Source: an uncultured Thermococci archaeon
GTDB taxonomy: Archaea > Methanobacteriota_B > Thermococci > Thermococcales > Thermococcaceae
DNA length: 59,369 nt
Assembly (NCBI GenBank): GCA_964615185.1
Contig: CAZTOS010000004.1
Location: 1 to 59,369 of the forward strand
Direction: 5' to 3'
Below are positions 9,687 to 20,955 of the stretch, piece by piece. Within the stretch, counting starts at the first letter, position 1, and each line of letters begins with the position of its first letter. Below the pieces are notes generated by a model that did no database searches, was not told the DNA's origin, and saw only the letters and a list, made by a program, of their open reading frames with translations. The translations under genes and the position numbers were made by a program.

Positions 9687-10544
9687 GTGGTTGAAATGGA
9701 AATAATAACAAAAATTTCGCACTTTATCTTTGAAAAAAAGCCCGGAAGGGGCTTGTTACTCTTTGGTTTGGCAATTGTGATAATTGTAATCGTAATGGCA
9801 ATTTTTGCCCCTTTTATAGCTCCTTATGACCCCACAGCAACAAGTGATGATACATTTGTTCCTCCTGGCTCTAAGCATCTAATGGGAACAAATAGACTTG
9901 GTCAAGATGTGTTTTCAAGAATAGTGTGGGGTTCAAGAATAGTCCTCTATGTAGTTCTGGTCGCTACAATACTTTCAATGAGCATTGGAATTCCTATGGG
10001 CCTAATCTCCGGTTACTATGGTGGAAAGATTGATAGAGTATTAAGCGTGATAATGGACAGTATCTATGCATTTCCAGCTCTTATATTGGCAATAGTTATT
10101 GCTGTGGTTCTGGGCCCAAGTCCAATAAATACTGCAATAGCGATTTCGTTTGTATACGTTCCTACGTACTTCAGAATGGTAAGAGGACAGACCTTGAGTT
10201 TAAAAGGTCAGCTTTTTGTCGAGGCTGCAAGAGCTTTAGGAGCAAAAAACAGGGAAATAATGTTCAAATACATCCTTCCAAATTTGGCTCCAACGATTTT
10301 GGTTGTATTTACTTTGAGTGTTGCTGACGCAATACTAACAGAGGCAGGTTTGAGCTTCTTAGGCTTATCTGTAACACCACCCACTCCGGATTGGGGATAT
10401 GACCTAAGGGTAGGTCAGCCATTCTTGCTCGATGGCTACTGGTGGCTGGTATTCTTCCCAGGAATCATGATAATGCTCTTTGCAATGGCATTTGCACTAA
10501 TTGGAGAGGCCTTGAGTGAAAGAATCTCTCTTGCAACGAGGTGA
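9687..10544 (+). CDS. dppC: Peptide ABC transporter permease
   Basis: HLMGTNRLGQDVFSR, FVEAARALGA, EAGLSFLGL. Confidence 0.93.
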   Translation: MVEMEIITKISHFIFEKKPGRGLLLFGLAIVIIVIVMAIFAPFIAPYDPTATSDDTFVPPGSKHLMGTNRLGQDVFSRIVWGSRIVLYVVLVATILSMSIGIPMGLISGYYGGKIDRVLSVIMDSIYAFPALILAIVIAVVLGPSPINTAIAISFVYVPTYFRMVRGQTLSLKGQLFVEAARALGAKNREIMFKYILPNLAPTILVVFTLSVADAILTEAGLSFLGLSVTPPTPDWGYDLRVGQPFLLDGYWWLVFFPGIMIMLFAMAFALIGEALSERISLATR

Positions 10545-11494
10545 TGAAAATGCTGCTTGAGGTCAAAAATCTTAGCGTTTACTACTTCACTTTGGCTGGG
10601 ACAGTTAAAGCTGTTGAAGATGTTTCGTTCACTATTGGGAAAAAGGAATGGATAACCTTCGTAGGAGAAAGCGGAAGCGGAAAATCTACCGTTGCTTATG
10701 CGATACTCAATTTAGTCCCATCCCCCGGCAGAATAGTCAATGGGCAGGTCATATTTGAAGGAAGAGACCTCCTTTCTTTGACAAAAGAAGAAATGAGAGA
10801 TATCCGAGGAAAAGAAATCAGCATGGTCTTCCAAGACCCCATGACAAGTTTAGACCCATTAAGAAAAGTTGGAGACCAAATAGCTGAGGTTATGACTGAA
10901 CATGGGATTGACAAGGAGGAAGCATATGAACGGGCAAAGGAATTACTTAGAAAGGTTAACCTCCCTGAGGATAGAATTAACTATTACCCTCATCAGCTCT
11001 CAGGTGGCCAGAGACAAAGAATCGCTATTGCCATGGCAATGGCGTTCAATCCCAAGCTATTAATAGCTGACGAACCTACAACAGCCTTAGATGTTGTTGT
11101 TCAAGATTCCATTATGGATCTACTAAAAGTCCTTAAGGAGGAGGGAACGAGTATATTTTTTGTTACCCACGATATCTCCTTAGCTGTTGAACGGAGCGAT
11201 AAGATAGCGGTTATGTATGCAGGGAAGCTCGTTGAGTTTGGGAGAGTTGAGCAGATTGTAGAGAACCCTCTTCATCCCTATACAAGAGCTCTGCTTAATA
11301 GTGTTCCAGACTTGTGGAGTGAGAAAGAAATAAAAGCAATCCCAGGCTACCCACCAGATCTTAGAAACCCACCGAGTGGGTGCAGATTTCACCCAAGGTG
11401 CCCGGCATTCAAAGAAGGAATATGTAATGTAAAAGAGCCTAAAACTATGGAGATTGAAAAAGAACACTATGTGGCTTGTCATCTGTATGGGTGA
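10541..11494 (+). CDS. dppD: Peptide ABC transporter ATP-binding protein
   Basis: GESGSGKS, LSGGQRQR, ADEPTTALD, GCRFHPRC. Confidence 0.94.
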   Translation: MMKMLLEVKNLSVYYFTLAGTVKAVEDVSFTIGKKEWITFVGESGSGKSTVAYAILNLVPSPGRIVNGQVIFEGRDLLSLTKEEMRDIRGKEISMVFQDPMTSLDPLRKVGDQIAEVMTEHGIDKEEAYERAKELLRKVNLPEDRINYYPHQLSGGQRQRIAIAMAMAFNPKLLIADEPTTALDVVVQDSIMDLLKVLKEEGTSIFFVTHDISLAVERSDKIAVMYAGKLVEFGRVEQIVENPLHPYTRALLNSVPDLWSEKEIKAIPGYPPDLRNPPSGCRFHPRCPAFKEGICNVKEPKTMEIEKEHYVACHLYG

Positions 11495-11499
11495 TAAAA

Positions 11500-12486
11500 A
11501 TGAAAGCTTTGCTTAGAGTTGAGAATTTGAAAAAGTATTTTCCAGTTAAGCGAGGAATTCTTGAGACCCTTAAGAGGGCACCTCAAAAATACGTAAGAGC
11601 TGTCGATGGAATAAGTTTTGAGGTAAGGAAGGGTGAAACTTTAGCCTTAATTGGTGAAAGTGGGTGTGGAAAGACCACTACTGGGAGAGTAATTCTTAGG
11701 TTAATTGAACCTACAGACGGAAAGATAATATTTGAAGATGTTGACATTACAAAGCTCAGTCAAGACGAGCTGAGAAGTGTAAGAAGGAAAATGCAGATGG
11801 TATTTCAAGATCCATATGCAAGCTTAAGTCCAAGAATGAAGATTGGGGATGCTATAGCCCATCCCCTACTAATTCATGGCCTTGCTGAGAAAGAAGAAGC
11901 TAAAGAACTCGCTCTAAAAATGCTTAGAAGGGTTGGTTTAACTCCTGAGGATGAATTTTATGAGCGCTATCCTCACCACTTGAGCGGTGGGCAAAGACAG
12001 AGGGTTGTCATAGCGAGGGCAATGATTTTAAAGCCAGCATTTGTAGTCGCTGATGAAGCAGTTTCAATGATAGATGTTTCGATGAGAGCGTCAATTTTAG
12101 AGCTTCTGGAAAGCTTTAGAGAGGAATATCACTTGAGTATGCTCTTTATAACCCACGACATAGCTGTTGCAAAACTCATAGCTGACAGAATAGCGGTAAT
12201 GTATCTTGGCAAAATTGTTGAAGTAGGGCCAACCAATGAAGTCCTCAAAAACCCTGCCCATCCATATACCTTAGCTTTAATTCAGGCAGTGCCCTCAATA
12301 GTAAAGAGAGAAAAAAGGAGGAAAATACAAATAACAGGAGAAGTTCCCAATGCCGTTAATCCACCGAGTGGATGTAGATTCCACCCAAGATGTCCTTTTG
12401 CAACAGAGGAATGCAGAATAAAAGAACCGGAGTTAGTAGAAATTGGAAAGGATCATTTCGTGGCATGTCATCATCCTTTGGGTTAG
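11500..12486 (+). CDS. dppF: Peptide ABC transporter ATP-binding protein
   Basis: GESGCGKT, LSGGQRQR, C-terminal Cys cluster; ATG 11500 after GGGTGA. Confidence 0.94.
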   Translation: MKALLRVENLKKYFPVKRGILETLKRAPQKYVRAVDGISFEVRKGETLALIGESGCGKTTTGRVILRLIEPTDGKIIFEDVDITKLSQDELRSVRRKMQMVFQDPYASLSPRMKIGDAIAHPLLIHGLAEKEEAKELALKMLRRVGLTPEDEFYERYPHHLSGGQRQRVVIARAMILKPAFVVADEAVSMIDVSMRASILELLESFREEYHLSMLFITHDIAVAKLIADRIAVMYLGKIVEVGPTNEVLKNPAHPYTLALIQAVPSIVKREKRRKIQITGEVPNAVNPPSGCRFHPRCPFATEECRIKEPELVEIGKDHFVACHHPLG

Positions 12487-12944
12487 ATTTGGTTTCTTAG
12501 TTTTTTATCCATCCTTACCATTTCTTCCCATTGTCTTCCAGGCCAGTAAATTTGACCGCATTCAGTGCAGATATAGAATTTGTTGTATTTCTCATAAACT
12601 CCTGGGGGAACTTTATCTTTTATCTTCTCTTTGGGTATCTCTTTTATCAGACCATTGCACTTTGGACATCTTGCATTCTCTGGAAACAGCTCATTGAATG
12701 TGAATCCAAGCTCCATAAGCTGTCTTATCTGCTCTTCAAATTTGTTTGATTTTATCAAAATAGCATTCTTTGCCCTCTTTGCGAGCTCTTCATCTCGTGT
12801 GAGAATTATTCTCTCTTCTTTCTCGGCAATTTCGATAATCCTATTATCATCTTTAATCCCATACACCGTATCATAGCCGTAAAGTCTTAACCACCTTGCT
12901 AAACGGCCAAGCATCATATCGGCTATGAGCTTCATTTCCACCAA
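12483..12944 (-). CDS. Mut7-C RNase (PIN-like) domain protein with Zn ribbon
   Basis: DMMLGRLARWLRLYGYD, ILTRD, RCPKCN, CTECGQIYWPG. Confidence 0.88.
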   Translation of the reverse strand: MVEMKLIADMMLGRLARWLRLYGYDTVYGIKDDNRIIEIAEKEERIILTRDEELAKRAKNAILIKSNKFEEQIRQLMELGFTFNELFPENARCPKCNGLIKEIPKEKIKDKVPPGVYEKYNKFYICTECGQIYWPGRQWEEMVRMDKKLRNQI

Positions 12945-12975
12945 AATTTATTAAGATTCGGGGTTAAAAGTCCTT

Positions 12976-13380
12976 TTGGTGATGTCGTTGCATTACGAGG
13001 AAGTTGAAATTCTAAGGAGAAGGGCGAGGGTGCTTTGGGAGTCTGGAGAATACCTATTTAAAAAAGGTGAATATGATATAGCTTCCTTCAATTTTGAACA
13101 GGCCGTTCAGCTTGAGCTGAAAGCCATTTTGCTTGAATACACCGGACAAAAGCTTAAAACTCATTCAATTAGATTACTGCTTGAATCACTGGGTGAAGCA
13201 TTTGGAAAGGAAGAAAAAGTTAGGAAATTTATAAGAGAGCACAGAAATGACATCAAGGCATTGGAAGATGCGTACATAGATACGAGATATGAACCTGTGG
13301 TGTATAAGGATTATGATGCCGAAGCCATAAAAGCTGCAGCTGAATCAGTTCTTCGATTTGCAAGAAGTCTGGTGGTGTGA
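12976..13380 (+). CDS. HEPN domain protein
   Basis: FEQAVQLELKA, KTHSI and YIDTRY; overlaps the MNT gene. Confidence 0.88.
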   Translation: MVMSLHYEEVEILRRRARVLWESGEYLFKKGEYDIASFNFEQAVQLELKAILLEYTGQKLKTHSIRLLLESLGEAFGKEEKVRKFIREHRNDIKALEDAYIDTRYEPVVYKDYDAEAIKAAAESVLRFARSLVV

Positions 13381-13739
13381 ATATGACGAACATAAGAGCC
13401 TGGCTGCTCAAGAAAGGAAAACAAAGGTATGACATGATAAGAAATTATGAACGTTATCTCCCCTCGATAAAAAAAGCGTGTGAGGAGATTCTGGGTGAAT
13501 GTGAGATTTATGTATTTGGTAGCGTGATTGAAGGGAAGTTCACGGCCGGGAGTGATGTTGATATTTTGATAAAAGCTAAAAGAGTGCCCAAAAGCGTAAG
13601 AGAGAAAGCTTCTATTATTGTTAGGATAGAGGAGAAAGCTAATTTACCTTATGACCATCCTTTTGAATTCCATTTAGTTGATGAAAGCGGTTTTAGATGG
13701 TATACCGATGTTTTAAAGGTCAAATTCAGAAAGATTTAA
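13377..13739 (+). CDS. Minimal nucleotidyltransferase (MNT)
   Basis: YVFGS...SDVDILI motif. Confidence 0.88.
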   Translation: MNMTNIRAWLLKKGKQRYDMIRNYERYLPSIKKACEEILGECEIYVFGSVIEGKFTAGSDVDILIKAKRVPKSVREKASIIVRIEEKANLPYDHPFEFHLVDESGFRWYTDVLKVKFRKI

Positions 13740-13773
13740 ATGAGTATTTAACTGCTGTAAAACAGGTGGTTGG

Positions 13774-14520
13774 ATGATAATCTATTTCATTGGAACCGGA
13801 GGGTCTGAGGGAATTCCAGCCCATCTCTGCATGTGTAAAACATGTGAAGAAGCACGCAGATTGGGTTTTGCTCAAAGAAAACCTTCAACATTGGCAGTGA
13901 TAACCAAAAACAACGAAGCAATTTTGATTGATGTTGGAACGGACATAAGAGACCTCCTCCACGTTCCTCTTAAGGCCATTCTTCTTACACACTGGCATCA
14001 CGACCACATTTATGGCCTATATAAGCTCAGATGGATGGCACAAAAAACAGAGCTTTATGCTCCAAAAGGTCATGCAGATGCACTAATCTTGAATGACCCA
14101 AAGAATCTAAGGCCAAAGACAATAAAAGCTGGCGATGTTTTGAAGATTGACTCCTTAAGAATCACTGCTCTTAAGTTAAATCACGAAGTTGAAACTGTAG
14201 GCTTTTTAATTGAGGAAGATGGGGAAAGATTTGCCCTTCTCTATGACACAAAAGGCATTCCTCCAGAAACTTTAGATATCTTGAAGAAAAAACCTCCAAG
14301 AGTGGCTGTAGTTGATGCCACTTATGCTCCCGGTGTTGATGATCCTTATCACAATAACGTCGATGAAGGGGCTGAGATCGGACTCGAAGTTGCTGAAAAG
14401 GTTTACCTATCCCATATATCCCATAGAAATCTGCCTTTTCTCCAACTCCTGACATATGTTAAAAAGAGATATGGAGACAGAGTTAGGGTCGCCTATGATG
14501 GATTAATAGTTAACATTTGA
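13774..14520 (+). CDS. Metallo-beta-lactamase fold hydrolase, PhnP-like
   Basis: GTGGSEGIP, CxCxxC, THWHHDH, SHISH. Confidence 0.88.
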   Translation: MIIYFIGTGGSEGIPAHLCMCKTCEEARRLGFAQRKPSTLAVITKNNEAILIDVGTDIRDLLHVPLKAILLTHWHHDHIYGLYKLRWMAQKTELYAPKGHADALILNDPKNLRPKTIKAGDVLKIDSLRITALKLNHEVETVGFLIEEDGERFALLYDTKGIPPETLDILKKKPPRVAVVDATYAPGVDDPYHNNVDEGAEIGLEVAEKVYLSHISHRNLPFLQLLTYVKKRYGDRVRVAYDGLIVNI

Positions 14521-14711
14521 TTTTTTCTTTCTATTATTTCAGACTATAACTCGATATTATGGCAAGCTAAATAGACCCCCCGATGTTTTGGAATTCAAAA
14601 TGGACTTTTGCAATTTGGTTTAATTTTCGAATATGGTTTAATTGGTTGCATTTATTTTTACAAAAAGTTTTTTTATTTTGAAAGTCTGCAATTCTATTAA
14701 AATGGCGTGAG

Positions 14712-15478
14712 GTGAGTCATGTGGTTGTGAAAACACTTTATGACGAATTGGATGAAGTTATGGGTGGAGGGTTATCACAAGGTTCTGCAATGGCTATATT
14801 GTATGACACATATTCCTTTGCTCAGTATTTTGCGTTACATATTCTCGCAAAGAGAATTAAAAAAGGTGACTTGGGAATAGTTTCCAATTACAGTTATCCT
14901 ATTGGCAGGCTTATACGAGGAGCTCAATTTGCGGGTTTGGATTTAATTTCTGAAGGAAAAAAGGTAATCTCTTTGTTATAGATTACTTCTCATCAAGATA
15001 TGGCAGTCCGCCACAACATCCATTCGTGTATACCTTTTCAGGTCATGTAGGGGAGGAAACCCTTAACCCAAAGACGTTTTTAATATATCAGGAGAAAGTA
15101 CTCCCAAATTTAAACGATAGACTGCTGGTTAGGGTTGTATATACATTAGATGGGTTGGCATTTTTCTTTGGAGAGAACACTGCACTAAAGTTGCTGTACT
15201 TTGACTTAGCAAAGTTCATGGATATGTTTCCTAATTCTGTAACGATTCTCTTGGTCAACAAAGACGCTGTCTCCAAGCATTTTGTTGCCAGAGTTGTCGA
15301 TATAAGTGATTATGTGATTGACTTTAAGAGTCAGGTAACTAAAAAGGGTATAGTTGAGGATGTTATCATATCAAAAGCTCTAACGCCAGAATTCAGTCCG
15401 GAGATATTTGAATTTCTTATAGGAAAGGCAAAGGAAGAAGAAGGGGGTAAGTTCTCTTTTAAAAAGGTCAATCAATAG
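14712..15478 (+). pseudogene. RecA/KaiC-superfamily protein with degenerate Walker A, split by a frameshift
   Basis: N-terminal TLYDELDEVMGGGL is KaiC/RAD55-like; one extra A in the A6 run at 14957-14962 joins ORFs 14712 and 15026 (EGKKGNLFVIDYFSSRYG). Confidence 0.7.
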
Positions 15479-15926
15479 AGTGTTTCTTCAAAAATTCCTC
15501 AAACTTCCTAAGAATGTTCATTTGACTCCAAGTTTCAACGGCTGAGGGCTTAAGTGAGCGAACCCTTATGAGAGCATTCCTCAAACTTAAACCTTGGGAA
15601 TACATTAGGTAGGCAACTGCAATTGTCCCACTTCTTCCACTTCCCCCAAAGCAGTGAATTAACACTTTCTTTCCTTCTTTAGCTCTTTCATCAATCCATC
15701 TAACAATTTCAATTAGTTGCTCTAACGTAGGGGCTGAAAAGTCTTCGATGGGGCTATAAAGAACTTCCACTCCATGCTCTTTCCACTCTTCCAACTCGTA
15801 GTAGAGCTCATACTCATAAGTTAGCACTACAACGGCTTGGAATTCCTCAGCAAGTTTTGAAATTTCATCTGGATACGGCATTGGGGAGAATGCAACTCTA
15901 TCGGTTACAAATTTTGGAGTCACCAT
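15468..15926 (-). CDS. Protein-tyrosine/dual-specificity phosphatase
   Basis: HCFGGSGRSG (CX5R), PIEDFSAP, AVETWSQ. Confidence 0.92.
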   Translation of the reverse strand: MVTPKFVTDRVAFSPMPYPDEISKLAEEFQAVVVLTYEYELYYELEEWKEHGVEVLYSPIEDFSAPTLEQLIEIVRWIDERAKEGKKVLIHCFGGSGRSGTIAVAYLMYSQGLSLRNALIRVRSLKPSAVETWSQMNILRKFEEFLKKHSID

Positions 15927-16608
15927 CTCGACTTACCTCCTCATAACTCAGGATTTCATCTTTAAAACTTTGGGCTATGAGCTTTCCATCTTTATCAAAG
16001 ACCCAAGCGCCACCAAAGCTGTTCCAATGTTCATAAGTGTTGACAATGAAAGTCTTAACTCCGAGAATTTCAACTCTCTCACTCATGCATTTAATCTCCT
16101 TCTCTAAGTCGAGATTCTCGGGGGAATAGTCCATAGGAACAAAGAGGTAGTCAGGTTTCTTACGTTTCACCCATTTGGCTATACGCTTGTTGTAAAGGTC
16201 TCCACAGATGATTACTGCAAATTTTCCAAATTCTGTTCTGGCAGTTTTTACGATGTTGCCGGTGCAGAATTTCATGGGTTCTTGAAACTTACGGTGTTTG
16301 AGAATTATCTCTCCATCACGGCTTATTAAAAGTGCTGAGTTGTAAATACAGTTTTTGTAAGGCTCCACCAATCCAAAAATCACATAAACTGAGTTCTCCT
16401 TTGCAAGTTTGCTGACCCTCTGGACGATTTCGTCGTAAAGCTTTGCTTCGCTGAAGTTCCACTCTTTAAAACCAGTTAAGCAGTACTCAGGGAAAACTAA
16501 GATGTCTGGTTTATATCTTAAACCCTCCTCGAACTTTCTTTTAAACTCCTGCCAGTTTGCTTCAAAGTCGTTGACTTTAACCCTCATAGGGATTAGAGCG
16601 ACCTTCAT
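15898..16608 (-). CDS. Carbon-nitrogen hydrolase (nitrilase superfamily)
   Basis: VFPEY, HRK and ICGD provide the E-K-C triad. Confidence 0.9.
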   Translation of the reverse strand: MKVALIPMRVKVNDFEANWQEFKRKFEEGLRYKPDILVFPEYCLTGFKEWNFSEAKLYDEIVQRVSKLAKENSVYVIFGLVEPYKNCIYNSALLISRDGEIILKHRKFQEPMKFCTGNIVKTARTEFGKFAVIICGDLYNKRIAKWVKRKKPDYLFVPMDYSPENLDLEKEIKCMSERVEILGVKTFIVNTYEHWNSFGGAWVFDKDGKLIAQSFKDEILSYEEVSRDGDSKICNR

Positions 16609-16719
16609 AACTCCTACCTCTAAATGATTTGTCGAAGGAATAGCAAATATCTTTTAGTTAAGCGGGATTGAGATATTAGTGTGACGGTTTCACTACCTCT
16701 GCCAAGCTTTTTATTTTAT

Positions 16720-16930
16720 AAAATAATTCATCCAAACCTTTTGCCGTGATGAGGATGACAACAAATGACTTGACATTGCCTATGAAGCAAAGGTTCAGGT
16801 AATCCTAACATGGGACGATGACTTACTGGATCTAAGAGATAACAAGAAAATCCTGCAGCTTAAGAACCATCAAGTTAAGATCCTTAAACCAATAGAATTC
16901 CTGAAAGAAGAATTAAGAAAAACCTGCTGA
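16720..16930 (+). pseudogene. PIN-domain toxin C-terminal remnant
   Basis: Frame reads CRDEDDNK*LDIAYEAKVQVILTWDDDLL...; in-frame TGA at 16766-16768 and no N-terminus. Confidence 0.65.
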
Positions 16931-16938
16931 GACCACTC

Positions 16939-17121
16939 CTAATCACACTTTTCATATTTTTTAACTTCTTCCCTGTTTGTTATTACATAGGCACCAACAT
17001 TGTAGAGTTCAACAATGGTGCCATCATCAAACTCCAAATCAAAGCCATCTGGACCAGTGACAACCTTAACAACCCTCTTACCCAACACAGCCTTCGCAAG
17101 CTCCTCAAACCTGTCCCCCAT
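16939..17121 (-). CDS. Small hypothetical protein (60 aa)
   Basis: GAGGTGG RBS and protein-like composition; no family recognised. Confidence 0.55.
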   Translation of the reverse strand: MGDRFEELAKAVLGKRVVKVVTGPDGFDLEFDDGTIVELYNVGAYVITNREEVKKYEKCD

Positions 17122-17484
17122 AATACCACCTCATGGCAACTTACCAATTTCTTTCTTCAGATGTTTAAGCAGGAATAACCGTGCCAAGATCACGATACTC
17201 AAATTTTTTCTTGGTATCCATTTCTTCTCCTCTATCACTACGTTATCTTCATAGATCACACGACCATCTCCTATAAAAAGATGTTGTGTGGGTCTTTTTA
17301 TCATCCTTAGGTATGACATCGCCATACTGCAATTCATACACACTTTCCCTAACCAACTGAGAAACATCCTCTATGTCAGTGTCATGACTGCTTTTGTTTT
17401 TAATAAGTCTCAGTTTTTCAATCAAACTGCTTGTTGGGTTTTTCTTTGACGAAGAGCCACCAGAGCTTATTAGAAGATTGAAGA

Positions 17485-17562
<78 letters not shown>

Positions 17563-17664
17563 TCAGCACAAGTTATCAATCTCCAACTTAAAAATCTAAG
17601 GGTCAAATTTGCTGCCCAAAGTTTATATATTCAAATGAATCTTTTTTCTATTCAGTGATGTGAT

Positions 17665-18795
17665 ATGAAAGACAATATGCACAGGTTTACCTTTGATAAT
17701 AACTTGATTTTGATTCCAAAAGAGCCCGATTTAAAGTACCTCTATATTGAAATAACAAATCGGTGCAATTTGAAATGCGAGATGTGTTTTAAGCAGTACT
17801 GGGAAGATGAAGAGGGGGGTATGGACTATAATCTTTTCTTAAAAATCCTCGATGATGCTGAGGAATTCCCAGAGCTTGAAATGATATATTTTGGAGGCGT
17901 AGGTGAACCAACAGTTCATCCACGTTTCATGGATATGGTAAGAGAGATCAAAAGAAGGGGCTATGCGTTGGGGATGTCCACTAACGGCTTCCTACTTACA
18001 GATAAGAGAATCAAAGAGCTTGTAGAGTTAGATGTGGACTTAATATACATCTCGCTTGATACAATACCCACCCAAGAAACCAGAATTGGACATATAATGC
18101 CAAGTGTTGCTGTGGATAGGATAAAGAAGATTATTGAAGAAAAAAAGCGCCAAAGAAAAGACTCCCCTCACATAGGTGTGGAAGTCGTTATAACAAAAGA
18201 AAATTACCGGCAAATGGTTGAGATAGAGGAGTACCTCGGAGATTTAGGCATAGATGTCTTACTTTTTTCAAACATAATCCCAATAGACAAGAGGCATGCG
18301 AATCAGATAGTCTACGATGGAAGTGTTAATTTGCAACCCTACATTGATGAACTCTATGCCAAAGCTTACAAGCAGTTCCTCCTCAAGCTACCGGAATTTC
18401 AATTAAGAACAGAAAGACATTGTGATTTTGTAGAGAAGAATGTTGCAGTTATAAGGTGGGATGGAGAAGTTGCTCCATGCTATCGTTTCCTTCACACATA
18501 TCCAGAGATAATTTTTGGCAGAGAGAAAAAGGTTTATGCACATTCCTTTGGAAATGTTAAGCAAAAATCGCTCAAAGAGATATGGACGAGCAGAGATTAT
18601 ACTTGGTTTAGATTTGTTGTCAAAAATTCCATTTATCCCTCATGTACAGATTGCCAGTTTGTTGACTTCTGTAGTTTTGTCGAAGACACGAATGCAGATT
18701 GCTGGGGAAACATGCCAAGCTGTGGTGACTGTCTGTGGGCAAGAAGGATAGTGATGTGTCCAATTCCTGAAAAAGGAATAAAAGGATTCTGGTAA
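17665..18795 (+). CDS. Tungsten-cofactor oxidoreductase radical SAM/SPASM maturase
   Basis: CNLKCEMC, GGVGEP, Cys-rich C-terminus (CTDC...C...C...CGDC); directly upstream of AOR. Confidence 0.85.
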   Translation: MKDNMHRFTFDNNLILIPKEPDLKYLYIEITNRCNLKCEMCFKQYWEDEEGGMDYNLFLKILDDAEEFPELEMIYFGGVGEPTVHPRFMDMVREIKRRGYALGMSTNGFLLTDKRIKELVELDVDLIYISLDTIPTQETRIGHIMPSVAVDRIKKIIEEKKRQRKDSPHIGVEVVITKENYRQMVEIEEYLGDLGIDVLLFSNIIPIDKRHANQIVYDGSVNLQPYIDELYAKAYKQFLLKLPEFQLRTERHCDFVEKNVAVIRWDGEVAPCYRFLHTYPEIIFGREKKVYAHSFGNVKQKSLKEIWTSRDYTWFRFVVKNSIYPSCTDCQFVDFCSFVEDTNADCWGNMPSCGDCLWARRIVMCPIPEKGIKGFW

Positions 18796-19024
18796 ATTTT
18801 TATTTTTATATTTTTACAATGAAATGGAACCCTCTTATCAGATGAGAGTGTACGTAAAATGTAAGCTGCCATTTTTGTAATCTTTTGTTTTTATACATCA
18901 ATGTTCATATATGCAAATATGTGTATTTAACGTTTGCCAATGTTGATAATAATTTTGCTTTCGTCAAGTTTATTAGCCATAAAACATCTAAAATTATTCT
19001 GAAAGTATCTGGGAGGTTCCAAAT

Positions 19025-20841
19025 ATGTTCGGCTACCAAGGGAAGATTTTGAGAGTAAACCTAACTAATGGGAAAATCAGCGAAGAAAAAATTGACGAAA
19101 ACTTTGCAAAGAAGTGGCTTGGAACAAGAGGATTTGGTATATACTTCCTTCTTAAGGAGATGGATCCCAAGGTTGACCCATTCAGCCCAGAGAACAAGTT
19201 AATCTTTGCAACAGGTCCATTAACCGGAACAACTGCCCCAACAGGCGGTAGATACATGGTTATCACAAAGAGCCCACTAACAGGCTATATTGCAATGGCG
19301 AACTCCGGTGGATTCTTTGGTGCGGAGCTCAAGTTTGCTGGATGGGATGCTATAATATTCGAAGGAAAAGCAGACCATCCCGTGTATCTCTACATAAACG
19401 ATGACCAAGTTGAGCTGAGGATGCTTCACACGTATGGGGTAAAGTCGTCAGTGAGACCGAGAAGATTCTCATGGAGGAAGTTGGAGACAAGAGAGTACAG
19501 ATAGCATCAATTGGACCGGCTGGTGAAAACTTAGTCAGATTTGCCGCCGTTATGAACAACGGACACAGGGCGGCAGGTAGAGGTGGTGTTGGTGCGGTAA
19601 TGGGATCAAAGAACCTTAAGGCAGTGGTTGTGAGAGGCCACAAGAGAGTTGAAGTCGCTGACAGGCAGAAGTTCACAAGTGTTGTTAAGGAAAAGATTGA
19701 GAAGCTTAAGAAGGATCCAGTTGCAAGTGGGGGACTACCAAAGTACGGAACGGCTATTCTGGTCAACATAATCAACTCAAATGGACTATATCCAACAAGA
19801 AACTTCCAAGAGAGCCAGTTTGAGTACGCAGAGGAGCAGAGCGGTGAGGCTTTAGCCGCAAAGTATCTCAAGAGAAATAAGCCGTGTTTTGCATGTCCCA
19901 TTGGATGTGGAAGGTTAACCTACCACCCAGCTCTCGGAGAAACCGAAGGACCAGAGTATGAGAGCATCTGGGCACTTGGAGCTAACCTTGGAATAAACGA
20001 TCTTGCAAGCATAGTAATAGCAAACCATCTCTGTGACGAATACGGTCTTGATACAATATCAACAGGTGGTACTTTAGCAACAGCAATGGAGCTCTATGAG
20101 AAAGGCCTCATAAAGCCTGAAGACTTAGGCGATGCTCCGCCACTTAGGTTTGGAAACACAGAAGTTCTGCACTACTACATTGAAAAACTGACATTCAGAG
20201 AGGGATTCGGTGACAAGCTTGCAGAAGGTGGATACAGGCTTGCTGAGATGTACAATGGCGTTGAGTACTTCATGGGTGTTAAAAAGCAAGAACTGCCTGC
20301 ATATGATCCAAGAGGTGCCGAAGGTCATGGATTAGCTTATGCCACAAACAACAGAGGAGGATGCCACATTAAGAACTACATGATCAGCCCAGAAATCCTT
20401 GGATATCCATACAAGATGGATCCACACGACATAAGTGACGAAAAGATAAAGATGGTCATTCTCTTCCAAGATCTGACGGCAGTAATTGACGCCGCAGGCC
20501 TGTGTGTATTCACGACCTTTGGCCTGGGAGCAGATGACTATCATGACATGCTCAATGCAGCCCTCGGCTGGGACTTCACAACCGAAGAGTACCTCAAGAT
20601 TGGTGAGAGGATCTGGAATGCAGAGAGACTCTTCAACCTTAAAGCTGGACTTGAACCACTCAAAGAGGACACACTGCCAAAGAGACTCCTTGAAGAGCCT
20701 GTCAAAGTAGGGCCCAATAAGGGACATGTCGTTAGGCTCAAGGAGATGCTTCCAAGATACTATGCACTCAGAGGATGGACAGAGGACGGAAAGATTCCAG
20801 AGGAGAAGATCAAGGAACTTGAACTTGAAGAAGTTGCTTGA
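19025..20841 (+). CDS. aor: Tungsten aldehyde:ferredoxin oxidoreductase, split by a 1-nt deletion at 19419-19420
   Basis: [45 protein letters not shown]; adding one G gives [17 protein letters not shown] and a single ~605-aa protein. Confidence 0.93.
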
Positions 20842-20955
20842 TTTCTCTATTTTTAATTTATTCAGGCTCCTCCAAGAGGGTATAAGGCTCAATTTTGACT
20901 TATCCCTAAGAAAACCATAAATATTCCGATTTTAAATTTCTTTATGATGTGATAT

